DNA from: Candidatus Poribacteria bacterium
Lineage (GTDB): Bacteria; Poribacteria; WGA-4E; PCPOR2b
Assembly (NCBI GenBank): GCA_965198175.1
Contig: OZ240245.1
Span: 4,672,001-4,736,000 of the forward strand
Reading direction: 5' to 3'
DNA: 64,000 nucleotides
Below are positions 1 through 8,802 of this stretch, piece after piece (position 1 is the first letter of the stretch; every line of letters begins with the position of its first letter). The notes under the pieces are model-generated. The model saw only the letters and a program-made list of their open reading frames with translations. It ran no database searches and was not told the DNA's origin. The position numbers and the translations under genes were made by a program.

Positions 1-123
1 TGGAACGTCTATAGCAAACTCAAGAATTCCAAAAATGATACCTATCCCAATGGTTAGAATGATGAGCAATACCAGAAGCCAGATAGATTGGCGAATATTG
101 GGGTAAAGGTAGTTTTCGGTCAT
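1..123 (-). CDS. N-terminus of a membrane protein running off the window (possibly CPBP/CAAX protease family)
   Basis: Not in ORF track. ATG at 123 with GGAGG RBS; reads MTENYLYPNIRQSIWLLVLLIILTIGIGIIFGILEFAIDVP, a hydrophobic TM segment. Confidence 0.6.
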   Translation of the reverse strand, partial: MTENYLYPNIRQSIWLLVLLIILTIGIGIIFGILEFAIDVP

Positions 124-310
124 GTCAACCTCCGATTTGCGATACACCTGAACTTTTCGATAGGCGCGATATTACAAAACGTCACATATTTTAACGACTT
201 CGCTCGCTGAAGAAGCGTGTCTTTCCCACAGTCTACGGCGAGAAGCCAAGCAGGGTCTAGTTTTCGGCGTTTTTTGACGATGTCTCTAACCGACGATTTT
301 GACAATTTCG

Positions 311-372
311 ATGTCACAAAATGTCACAGAATATCACACCAACCTCACATTAGCTGTGATATTTTGTGACAT
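311..372. repeat. 10-bp tandem ATGTCACAAA-like units plus an inverted copy
   Basis: ATGTCACAAA ATGTCACAGA ATATCACA (311-338); TGTGATATTTTGTGACAT (355-372) is an 18-bp inverted repeat of 321-338 with 1 mismatch. Confidence 0.7.
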
Positions 373-391
373 TGACAAGCTTAACACAGCA

Positions 392-712
392 TCAAATATA
401 AGTAACATTGATGGTTTCCTGTGTATCGTGACTTGACTTCGGGCTAACTCGGATTTCAACTTGATGATTGAGTTTGCCCAGCAGAGAAAACAGATGGTCA
501 ATGGTAAAGCCTTTTAATCGACCGTTTCTCAGCCCTGTCATTTTATATCGACTCAGTCCCAAAAAATCCGCAGCTTTCTTTTGAGTCATCCCTTGATCGG
601 CAATCAAGCGGTTGATTTTATATGCTAATTTCGCTTTTGCCAATCTTTCATCGGGATTGGGAAGCTCCAAATCCTTAAAGACGTTTCCCGAACTGCGAGT
701 ATAGTCTGCCAT
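392..712 (-). CDS. XRE-family HTH antitoxin (HigA-like)
   Basis: SSGNVFKDLELP start and MTQKKAADFLGLS HTH; directly downstream of a RelE/Gp49 toxin. Confidence 0.9.
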   Translation of the reverse strand: MADYTRSSGNVFKDLELPNPDERLAKAKLAYKINRLIADQGMTQKKAADFLGLSRYKMTGLRNGRLKGFTIDHLFSLLGKLNHQVEIRVSPKSSHDTQETINVTYI

Positions 713-715
713 GAG

Positions 716-1081
716 CTACCTTCCTTTCGCTAAGTCTCGAGCCATTTTCAGGCGGCGCCTGATGCGATTGATTTCTTCTTTGGGCGTTCCACTACCCCTT
801 TTGGATTTCTTTTGAAAAGTGTGTAGCACGTAAATCGTATCACCGATTTTAGTAGTGTATACCGCTCGATAGGTATCGCTAGCGTAATCACTTCGGATTT
901 CCATGACACCCGGAAATCCTTGTAAAGGTTTGGCTTTGGGATGTTTGTCCCGAATCTGTGCGACATACAGTGCGTAGCCTATTTCGTCTTGAACATCCGG
1001 GGGAAATTCCTTTAGATCCTCGTGTGATGAACCAATCCAAACTATCGGTTTTAACCCGCGTTGCAGTTTGGTCTCTCTCAT
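716..1081 (-). CDS. RelE/ParE-superfamily toxin, Gp49/HigB type
   Basis: IVWIGSS..DLKEFP, DTYRAVY and IYVLHTFQKKSK motifs; toxin-before-antitoxin order. Confidence 0.9.
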   Translation of the reverse strand: MRETKLQRGLKPIVWIGSSHEDLKEFPPDVQDEIGYALYVAQIRDKHPKAKPLQGFPGVMEIRSDYASDTYRAVYTTKIGDTIYVLHTFQKKSKRGSGTPKEEINRIRRRLKMARDLAKGR

Positions 1082-1089
1082 AACGAATC

Positions 1090-1203
1090 CTATGCAAATA
1101 AATCTCCAACCCCGAACCCAGGCACCACATCAACACCCTGTGTTCGTAAATACAGAACGACGGGGACTGCGATGTTTATGTCAGTGACAAGCGGGAGTAG
1201 CAT
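1090..1203 (-). pseudogene. Truncated DUF5615/VapC45-like PIN toxin
   Basis: Not in ORF track. MLLPLVTDINIAVPVVLYLRTQGVDVV resembles the DUF5615 N-terminus (LxDEN..V...LR..G.DV); stops after 37 aa; starts 2 nt after the DUF433 stop. Confidence 0.7.
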
Positions 1204-1205
1204 CG

Positions 1206-1445
1206 TTAAACCCCGTCCCGGGTGATTGGGAGATCGATTATCACCTCATTACGAAGTGCCCGCGAAGCATATGCGAGCACCAATTGGAGGTTTTCTTCAT
1301 TCAACTCAGGGTAGGCATCGAAAATCTCTGCGTGGGACATACCGCTTGCGAGCAATCCTAACACATGCTCTACACTAAGGCGAGTGCCTTCGATAATCGG
1401 TTTCCCACCCAGAATTTCTGGATTTACGACAATTTGACTCACCAT
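1206..1445 (-). CDS. DUF433 antitoxin (VapB45-like)
   Basis: IVVNPEILGGKPIIEGTRLSVEHVLGLLASGMS..I..AYPEL signature. Confidence 0.92.
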   Translation of the reverse strand: MVSQIVVNPEILGGKPIIEGTRLSVEHVLGLLASGMSHAEIFDAYPELNEENLQLVLAYASRALRNEVIIDLPITRDGV

Positions 1446-1615
1446 TGCACCTCTCTTAATATGCGTAAGAATTCATCTTAATCTTTCGCGTACGCTCGAA
1501 TATGAAGGCTGGACAGTTGGGGCAGGCTTAACGGTTTTCGATCGACCCGATCCAATCGGTAAAGACGAGAGAATCCCCGACATTTTCACAATTCAGAGCG
1601 ATTAAACTTTCCGCC

Positions 1616-1975
1616 TTACGAGATGGAAGTTAAATCAACCTCAAGCGCTGTGGCGATTGTCTTCAAGGTTTTGATAGATCCGGACTTCCGCCCGGTTTCA
1701 ATCTCCGCTAAATATGCGCGCTGAATCCCGCATTTATCCGCGAGTTGCTGCTGCGTGAGTCCCCGATAGTCTCTATACACTCGTATCGGACTCTCCTTAT
1801 TGAGAATCAGCCGGTTAATCACTTCACTAGGGTAGGTTTCCTCGTCGGTGGCTTTTGCCTCACGGAACTCGCGAATGTCTCTTAGCATCTCCGCATCTTC
1901 TAAAAGCTGATTGTACTGTTCTCTCGGTACAAGGACATATTCCTCACCTTGTCTTTCGACGGTTTCAATGTTCAT
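1616..1975 (-). CDS. HTH-XRE antitoxin-type regulator with no adjacent toxin
   Basis: Start re-called at ATG 1975 (AGGAGG RBS); GEEYVLVPREQY N-terminus and PIRVYRDYRGLTQQQLA..GI..AYLAEIETG HTH. Confidence 0.85.
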   Translation of the reverse strand: MNIETVERQGEEYVLVPREQYNQLLEDAEMLRDIREFREAKATDEETYPSEVINRLILNKESPIRVYRDYRGLTQQQLADKCGIQRAYLAEIETGRKSGSIKTLKTIATALEVDLTSIS

Positions 1976-2020
1976 CGGGACATGCCTCCTCAATATTGCA
2001 CATGACACATGTTTTCGTAA

Positions 2021-2049
2021 ATTGTAGCTTCAAGCGACATAAATGTCAA
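2021..2049 (-). promoter_or_regulatory. Sigma70 promoter for the TA cluster
   Basis: TTGACA-17-TACAAT on the minus strand. Confidence 0.7.
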
Positions 2050-2145
2050 GTATCCGTTTTGCCAATTGATGAACTGACAATTGGGCATGCGTCTGGACGG
2101 GATTTGAGGCGGGTAGTCGAGCGGGAAGAGCGGGCAATGGGTAGG

Positions 2146-2238
2146 AGAAACCGAGTTTTTTCGGTAAAACTCGGTTTCTTTGCGTGTTGTTGTGGGGCGT
2201 TGATACCCCCTCTAACTCCCCCTTGGAAAGGGGGAGAA
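2146..2238. repeat. Two adjacent extragenic palindromes
   Basis: Perfect 14-bp IR AGAAACCGAGTTTT/AAAACTCGGTTTCT (2146-2179); CCCCCTCTAACTCCCCCTTGGAAAGGGGGAGAA (2206-2238). Confidence 0.75.
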
Positions 2239-2444
2239 TTTTTTGGGAATCGGGGCTTTGCACACCAACATCGCTGACTAAGGCAAGGATTTGAGTGGTG
2301 GGACGATTGGGACAGCTCTTGTAGGTTGGCAACTTTGTAGGGTAGGCGACGATAATCGATCAATCCTATGTTTCAAGACAAAGGGAAGAGCAACCAATAA
2401 AATCGGAAGCAAAATCAAAATTGATCGTTTCCACAATCGGTTCT

Positions 2445-3122
2445 TTACTGTCCCCATGAGTTCTTAATTCTTCCCCACGTGGTCGTCAGCTTTTCTCGTG
2501 CTGTTACTGACTGACTTGGAATCTCCAACCGAATGTAGTCAATCTCAATCTCAGATGTAGGGCGGAATGCAGATAACAATACGCTACCCGGAGGCGTGTC
2601 AAGATCGATAAAGGACAAAAGTTGCTGACCGTCTAAAGAAAACGTGAATTTATCGTTCACTGTGTTAATTTCCAAAAGATACCACTTTCTTCTCAAGAAA
2701 TCCTGCTTAACTTTACCTCGCTGAATGGGCGGCTCGTCCTCATTTAACTCCGGTATATGCGTCAGCGCCAATATCTGTTGTTCGTTCGGAAAAATCATAA
2801 ATAATTGTGATGCCAATATTTCGAATCGTCCCTTATGCGCTCGCACCCTAAAATCAAAGCTACTACGTTCTTCCCAGTCAATCATTCGAAACTTAAGTTT
2901 AAGGGTGTAGTTGGTCCAATTCTCCGAACCCCGAACAATAATTTTGATTGATGCATGCTGTGCGTTTTTGCCCAATCTCACTTTACCGCGTAAAAATTGA
3001 ACGCCGTCATCGGTTCTACGCCATTTGTTCAGTGAGTGTAGGCGGTCTTTGAAATCATCAAAGAATAGAACGGGATTTTGAACATACACAGCACTCAAGA
3101 GAAAAACGGAAAACCACCACAT
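2445..3122 (-). CDS. Secreted concanavalin-like (DUF1080/LamG-like) protein with TTWG tail
   Basis: Hydrophobic N-terminus; FFDDF, WTNYTLKLKF and KWYLLEI motifs; ends SVTAREKLTTTWGRIK. Confidence 0.75.
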   Translation of the reverse strand: MWWFSVFLLSAVYVQNPVLFFDDFKDRLHSLNKWRRTDDGVQFLRGKVRLGKNAQHASIKIIVRGSENWTNYTLKLKFRMIDWEERSSFDFRVRAHKGRFEILASQLFMIFPNEQQILALTHIPELNEDEPPIQRGKVKQDFLRRKWYLLEINTVNDKFTFSLDGQQLLSFIDLDTPPGSVLLSAFRPTSEIEIDYIRLEIPSQSVTAREKLTTTWGRIKNSWGQ

Positions 3123-3239
3123 TTTTAAACACCTCCTAAACTACAACAAAGATTCTACCCTTCAACAACGCTGGCAAATTGTTGCATCACTTCCGAGCAT
3201 TGATTGTGTTGGATACTTGTTACCCTGTAGCGATACCCA

Positions 3240-3470
3240 ACGATCTAGCGACCGAACAGGCAACGCGATAGCTCTTTAGAGAAATTTCGGCGACAGTCTT
3301 GGCCAACAGAACTATCGCCCTCGCTATTCACTCGGTTGATCCTTCGCTATCCGCTCAGTTGATCGTATGGGTTTCGCTACGCGTGAACCTCCACCAAACA
3401 TCATTCGAATTCTGGAGCCGTAACCTGCTACTGGCGCCGTTATGGAAAATTCCGCTCTACCCAACCTACA
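3240..3470. repeat. Composite extragenic repeat: GCGATAG/CTATCGC element plus long-loop GTAG REP
   Basis: Related to 52340-52470; minus strand GTAGGTTGGGTAGAGCGG...GTAGCGAAACCCA matches 58318-58402. Confidence 0.65.
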
Positions 3471-3541
3471 AGAACTGTCACGCTCGCAGCAATCTAGATT
3501 AATACTAGTCTGACACTTCACCGTGTATTGAACGGTTGCAG

Positions 3542-4327
3542 TCAGTTCTGCGCTTTCAGCTTTCCCCACATCGTCGTTACTCGTTCTGCCAATGGATTCA
3601 CTCCTAAAAAGCCAGGTCCTCCATTCGGCACATCGGGGCCCGTCACGGTAAAATCATCTAACCAGATGGTACACCTTCCGTTAAAGATCAGCTCAATTCT
3701 ACCCATAGGCACTGAATCATCTTCTGCGAATAAAACAACATCGCCCATTGAAAACGTGTATTGGTTTCCTTCGCGTGCAATCCGCAACGTGTACCATACC
3801 TTTTCTTCGTATGCAAAGCTGTCTATTGCAGCGGTCTGTGCGATCCAGCCTTGCCCTAATTCTGGATGCTCTTTCAGCACCCCCCACTCGTAGCGATCAA
3901 TTGTAACAACTAAAACTTTGGGATTCTCAAAATCGGGATACCACAAAAAGGTCATAAGCCCGTCCAAACCCCACGTTTCTTCGTTCACTAATTGATATTG
4001 AATAAACCAAGAACTCTCCCGTGGGACTCGGATGTTTCTAACCATAAACTTCAACTCGAGCGAAAAATCTTGGATTTTCCCTAATCCCCTATTCGTCATA
4101 TTATAAAGTGCATGTTGTTTCTTTCCTCTAAAATAAAGGTGTCCGCCAACAACACCTAGGCTAACCTCGTCATTTATTACTATACCCCCTCCCAGACCGC
4201 GAAACCCCCAATCTCGAAGGTTTCGGTCACTGAAATCGTCAATCCAAGTACCGGCGATACACATTCGCACAAACACAACGATGATTCCCGAGAGAACAAC
4301 CATGAATCGGAAAGTTTTGATTGGCAT
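3542..4327 (-). CDS. Secreted concanavalin-like protein with TTMWG tail
   Basis: Signal peptide; WIDDFSD, WYTLRI and IWLDDFTVTGPDVP motifs; ends GVNPLAERVTTMWGKLK. Confidence 0.75.
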   Translation of the reverse strand: MPIKTFRFMVVLSGIIVVFVRMCIAGTWIDDFSDRNLRDWGFRGLGGGIVINDEVSLGVVGGHLYFRGKKQHALYNMTNRGLGKIQDFSLELKFMVRNIRVPRESSWFIQYQLVNEETWGLDGLMTFLWYPDFENPKVLVVTIDRYEWGVLKEHPELGQGWIAQTAAIDSFAYEEKVWYTLRIAREGNQYTFSMGDVVLFAEDDSVPMGRIELIFNGRCTIWLDDFTVTGPDVPNGGPGFLGVNPLAERVTTMWGKLKAQN

Positions 4328-4684
4328 TGTATTTCAACTCCTATCGAATAGATTACGATTTCGTCTGTGTCATTGTTCAGGCTGTATTCACGCTAGAATC
4401 CATTAAATCCGCGAATCGGACTGCAATTAAAATCCCCCGTGTTAGTTAATAGACGCCGCCCATAACCTAATTATTACATCGGAATATCTTTTTTCAACAA
4501 GGACAGACACAACCGCTTTGGGCGACTCCTATGTCTGAATCTGGATTGACAGGATTTTCGGATTTGCAAGATGTGTCATCGTCTCACACGGAAATTGCGC
4601 AAATTGGTGCGGCACCGATGAAAACGTTGGGGAGCAGGGTAAGAATCTACGTATACAGCGTAGGTTGCCACAAGCCGTGCCGTA

Positions 4685-4820
4685 TATAGTAAAATCAATA
4701 GTTAATTATACACTGCGGTAGGTTCGGTTTCCTAACCGAACCGGTATTTATCCAGTCCATAGGTGCGGTTGGAAACCGCACCTACCGAAACATGTGTAAA
4801 TATGAATGGAATTGACTATA
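4685..4820. mobile_element. MITE-like element carrying an inverted pair of GTAG REPs
   Basis: Imperfect terminal IR TATAGT...TACAC / GTGTA...ACTATA; internal GTAGGTTCGGTTTCCTAACCGAACC (4718-4742) and inverted GTAGGTGCGGTTTCCAACCGCACC (4762-4785). Confidence 0.65.
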
Positions 4821-4894
4821 GAAAAGAAATAGGCGTCGTTTCTTTCTTTTGGTAAATCGGGGGACATTTGGGATAGGCAGCGGGCGCATCAACT

Positions 4895-5893
4895 TTATTC
4901 CTCTATCTCTACTACAACTGTTTTTGCTGCGGTTGCGCCGAAAGCGCCCATCACGGGTTTACCGTCTTGATCCCGGAGGTTTGACCTTTGCGCGTCGTTC
5001 AGCGGCAATGCTGAAAAGATGTAACGCCCGTATTCCGGGCTGAGCGCTTCAACGGTGATTGACAAGATTTTGCCGGCATTTGCTTCTCGGTTAACAAAAA
5101 AGTTCTCTATGCCGATAGAGACACCATGCTTTTCTGTCAAATCTTTATCCCTGGATGATGAGTACGAACTGACGGATTCGACGAATTGTTCAATCTCAAG
5201 ACTTCGACCAAGTAGTTCAACAACCGTAGCAACGGTAACGAAATATGAAGTCACATCAAAATCAGAACGCCAATAGATTGCATTTTCCTCATCGCTCTTC
5301 AGTGTTATGCGGTCGTCGTCAATGATTGAGAGCGTATCTATATTGATAAATTCAACTGGCGGATAGACCGTCGTCACGCCGGTTATCGTCTGATCGAACG
5401 CTTTGGAATAGATTTCTAAACGATATTGAGCATAGAGTTCCACTTGAAAACGGTCTGATTTTGGCTTGTAGCCCCCATCGCCAAATACCCTTCTTTCACC
5501 TACGCGTTCGGCGTCTTCATAAAATTCCCGATAGAACAACTCCTCCGCCACCGTAACATATTGAAATTCGTATTCCTCGCCTGAATTCAAGTTCGTCACT
5601 GTCACGGTAGCTGTCGTATCCTGAATTAGCGGGAGCGTCTCATCATATTCATCAATTTCACCGTCTCCGTCATCATCAATTCCATCGAATACATCAGATT
5701 CTGTAACCGCCTCGGTTCTGATAATCCGGACGATAGAATCATTCGGAGTATCATGGTCAAGCAGCCCCTCAACTTTTAACTCGGGTTGGTAATTTCCGAA
5801 ATCATCTCTGAAATCGGCAACATCTAACTCTCGTTCACATGAGAGAAACATCATTACCAAAAGCATCACGAGAGAAAATCTTAGTATACGCAC
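4895..5893 (-). CDS. DUF4249-like lipoprotein, partner of the TonB receptor
   Basis: Lipobox FLSC; PELKVEG motif; C-terminal SNL...PVMGAFGA; probable GTG start at 5893 with AGGAG RBS; acidic DGIDDDGDGEIDE loop. Confidence 0.7.
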   Translation of the reverse strand: MRILRFSLVMLLVMMFLSCERELDVADFRDDFGNYQPELKVEGLLDHDTPNDSIVRIIRTEAVTESDVFDGIDDDGDGEIDEYDETLPLIQDTTATVTVTNLNSGEEYEFQYVTVAEELFYREFYEDAERVGERRVFGDGGYKPKSDRFQVELYAQYRLEIYSKAFDQTITGVTTVYPPVEFINIDTLSIIDDDRITLKSDEENAIYWRSDFDVTSYFVTVATVVELLGRSLEIEQFVESVSSYSSSRDKDLTEKHGVSIGIENFFVNREANAGKILSITVEALSPEYGRYIFSALPLNDAQRSNLRDQDGKPVMGAFGATAAKTVVVEIEE

Positions 5894-5903
5894 TGTTTCG
5901 CTC

Positions 5904-8234
5904 CTAGAACTCAAACTCTAATCCGAACGTCGGGATAATTGGAAACATACTAATCGCTCTTACCTCTGAAGGCGAACTATCGTGATTCCAAATATAGAGT
6001 AGATAGTTGTAATGCCTCGTAAAATTGATGATATGAAGTTTGAATTTTCCATTCACGCCGAAGGGCGAGATGTCTCTAATCCAGGCAATATCTCCGCGAA
6101 CATATGCTGGATAACGCGACGAATTTTTTCTGCCTTCAATGCTGATAACATTTGAATAGGGATTATCCAGCGAGTCGCGCCCATGATAGACTTTGCCGAC
6201 GACCGGCGTGTACGGTTGACCGCTTGACATGGTCCAGGAGAGTGAGAACCGATTATTCTGGCTCATCTGATAACTGGCAACAAAGTTGAGCGAATGCGGT
6301 CTTGAATATTTGGGTGGATAGATTTCCGAGGCTCGGTTCTCTGTTCTTTCGACCTTGCCATCCTCGTTGAAATCAAATCGTCTTTCAACATTCGAGTATG
6401 AATAGCCGAGCCAGCCTGAAATTTTCCCGGTGGTTTTCTTCAGGAAAAGCTCCAAACCCCAAACACGTCCCGTGCCAGAGATGAACTCATCAAGCACACT
6501 GCCGGGGTCGTTATCAAGATTGCTAGTGAGGACGTTGCTGTAGGGTTTATAGTAGGTCTCAATCGATCCGGTAAACCCTGGATTGAACCATCTTTCGAGT
6601 CCCAAAATGAAATGCTGGTTCTTTATGGCATCAAATTCTTCGGGCACCGGCAGCCAAAAATCGACGATTTGCAGGACCTGATCTTCATCGTTCACAGTGA
6701 AAAGGAACTGACTGAACCGCCCCCAACTTCCCTTGAATGTCAGGTTCTCCGACAACAGGTATTTGAATCCAAGACGCGGATCAAGATAGATGTTATCGTG
6801 CAACTCATATTTGGAACCGCGCAACCCCAGTTGAAGCGAGAGCAGGTCATTGACTTTCCATCTATCCTGAATGAAGGCGTTGAAGATGTAGGCGTCTTGC
6901 GCGATGTCAAAGTAATTGACGTTATCCACATGAAAGTTAAATTCCATGTTCAGTTTCTTTAGCGTGGCTCCCATTTTGAGGGTGTGTTGAGGCGAAAGAT
7001 ACCATGTTAACTGTTCCGAGGCGGAATAGTCCTGAATCTGATTGAATGCCATGGCGACTGTCTCGTCTGCGCTTCCATCGCTGTCGATTTCGGTGACGTT
7101 CAGACCCACGTCAAAATCAAAATTGGAGCGTGTCAGTACAAGTTCTGAGAAGAACTTCGCGTTAGGAACGTACCGCCACTTCAGACTGGGTGCGTTATTC
7201 CCCCAATCCCAGTTGAAATCTACGCTGTCGCCGGAATTCTCCTCATCATTGTAAAAAAATCTTAATACATCGCGCCCATCAAAGGTGGAGAACGTCAACC
7301 TGTTTTCCGCATTTAGATCGCTAAATATTTTGATTTGACCGTCCCAGAAGTAGTATTTCCAGTCTTGATCCTCTCCCCTTGCGCGGTTGAATCGTTCGGC
7401 AATGAGATCAAAATAGGTTCTCCTACCGGAGATAATCCAGGCGCCCTTATAGAAAGGTCCCTCCAGCATCATTTTGCTGCTGAGGAGCGAGATTTCTCCC
7501 TTTCCCCTGATTTGCTTTCCCTCTCTTGATGTAATGTCCAAAATAGATGATAATCTACCGGGATACTCTGCAGGATAGCCGCCAGCTAAGAATTTGGCGT
7601 CGGCAATGGTATCCGCATTGAACGTCGAGAACAGGCCGCCAAGATGATAAGGGTTATAAATCTCCGCACCATCAACCAGTATCAGGTTTTCATCAGGTCT
7701 TCCGCCGCGCACGATTAGCGCAGAGCTGAAGTCACTTTGTGAAGTGACACTCGGGAGTTGTTGTATCGTCCGAAAGACATCGGCTTCAACAAATGACGGA
7801 GTATTGACTATTTCCTCGGAACTGATATTCGTGCGGCTGATTTCCACCTCTTCTTTGAATCGCGTTTTTTCGCCAGTCACCGTTACTTCCTCAAGTTGAA
7901 TCGCTTCCGGCGCGACCTCAACATCAAGTCTCAACTCGCCGCTGGGTAGAACTTCTATTTCCACTTCAGCCCGCTCATATCGCGTCTTTGAAACGATTAA
8001 CTTGTAGTTGCCCGGCGGTATACCGCTAAACACATAATATCCATGCACATCGGATGTTGTGCCAAACTGAGTGTCGCTCAAAATTATCCTAGCATAGGAC
8101 AATGGTGCTCCGGTTACTTTGTCGTGCAGATACCCATTGATACGACCTGACCCTTGAGCGAACAGGAGCGACGGCAATAACGCTATCAGTGTGAGCGTCA
8201 ACACATTGGAGTATCGGTCAAATTTCTGGCGCAT
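5904..8234 (-). CDS. TonB-dependent outer-membrane receptor with carboxypeptidase-regulatory-like N-domain
   Basis: Signal peptide; EEVTVTG; plug motif LPSV..VRGGRPDENLILVDG; C-terminal aromatic LEFEF. Confidence 0.92.
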   Translation of the reverse strand: MRQKFDRYSNVLTLTLIALLPSLLFAQGSGRINGYLHDKVTGAPLSYARIILSDTQFGTTSDVHGYYVFSGIPPGNYKLIVSKTRYERAEVEIEVLPSGELRLDVEVAPEAIQLEEVTVTGEKTRFKEEVEISRTNISSEEIVNTPSFVEADVFRTIQQLPSVTSQSDFSSALIVRGGRPDENLILVDGAEIYNPYHLGGLFSTFNADTIADAKFLAGGYPAEYPGRLSSILDITSREGKQIRGKGEISLLSSKMMLEGPFYKGAWIISGRRTYFDLIAERFNRARGEDQDWKYYFWDGQIKIFSDLNAENRLTFSTFDGRDVLRFFYNDEENSGDSVDFNWDWGNNAPSLKWRYVPNAKFFSELVLTRSNFDFDVGLNVTEIDSDGSADETVAMAFNQIQDYSASEQLTWYLSPQHTLKMGATLKKLNMEFNFHVDNVNYFDIAQDAYIFNAFIQDRWKVNDLLSLQLGLRGSKYELHDNIYLDPRLGFKYLLSENLTFKGSWGRFSQFLFTVNDEDQVLQIVDFWLPVPEEFDAIKNQHFILGLERWFNPGFTGSIETYYKPYSNVLTSNLDNDPGSVLDEFISGTGRVWGLELFLKKTTGKISGWLGYSYSNVERRFDFNEDGKVERTENRASEIYPPKYSRPHSLNFVASYQMSQNNRFSLSWTMSSGQPYTPVVGKVYHGRDSLDNPYSNVISIEGRKNSSRYPAYVRGDIAWIRDISPFGVNGKFKLHIINFTRHYNYLLYIWNHDSSPSEVRAISMFPIIPTFGLEFEF

Positions 8235-8372
8235 TAGTCTCTTTCCTTCGGGACCATAATTTCTTGGATTGTAGCCTAAAGTAACTCAGATGTCAAGTGC
8301 CTTCTGGAGACCCTTGGGCAATCGCAAGCTTGTTAAGGGGAAATCGGTTCGTAAGTGGAGGCTTACGACGTA

Positions 8373-8401
8373 TTGACAAATGTTCTCAGATATGCTATTC
8401 T
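8373..8401 (+). promoter_or_regulatory. Sigma70 promoter
   Basis: TTGACA-17-TATTCT with extended TG. Confidence 0.6.
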
Positions 8402-8524
8402 TGTTGGTGGATCATAAATAGCAATTTAAATGCCAAAACCAAATCTCAGCCTGGGCTAGGATATAGAAGGTTGGGCTGAACGAAAGTGAAACTCAACGCC
8501 TTAATCACAATCTGCAAAATCGCT

Positions 8525-8700
8525 ATAGAGTTAGAATTACACCGGTGTAAACTACACATGGCTCCGAAGCGCATAGACACTAGATCAAAACATCAAAAAA
8601 AAACGAACTGATGTAACGTGTAATTCAAGGATCGCCGGATCCGCTCCGGAACTAGCGTACAGCGATTCGCGAATTACACCGATGTAATTTTAGCTATCAG
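8525..8700. repeat. Element bounded by TTACAC-CG-(G/A)TGTAA palindromic boxes
   Basis: GAATTACACCGGTGTAA at 8534 and GAATTACACCGATGTAA at 8671; half-site GTGTAATTC at 8618. Confidence 0.55.
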
Positions 8701-8802
8701 CGGTGTAGGTTGGCGTGCTTTTGTCGTACAGTTTGCCGCGAAGCCAATCCACATTCGCAGTTCGAGACTGAATGAACATGACGGGGGTTGAAACTACATC
8801 TC

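Noticed and set aside
1855..2363. Overlapping ORFs of 100-140 aa
   Set aside because: They translate palindromic repeats and a promoter.
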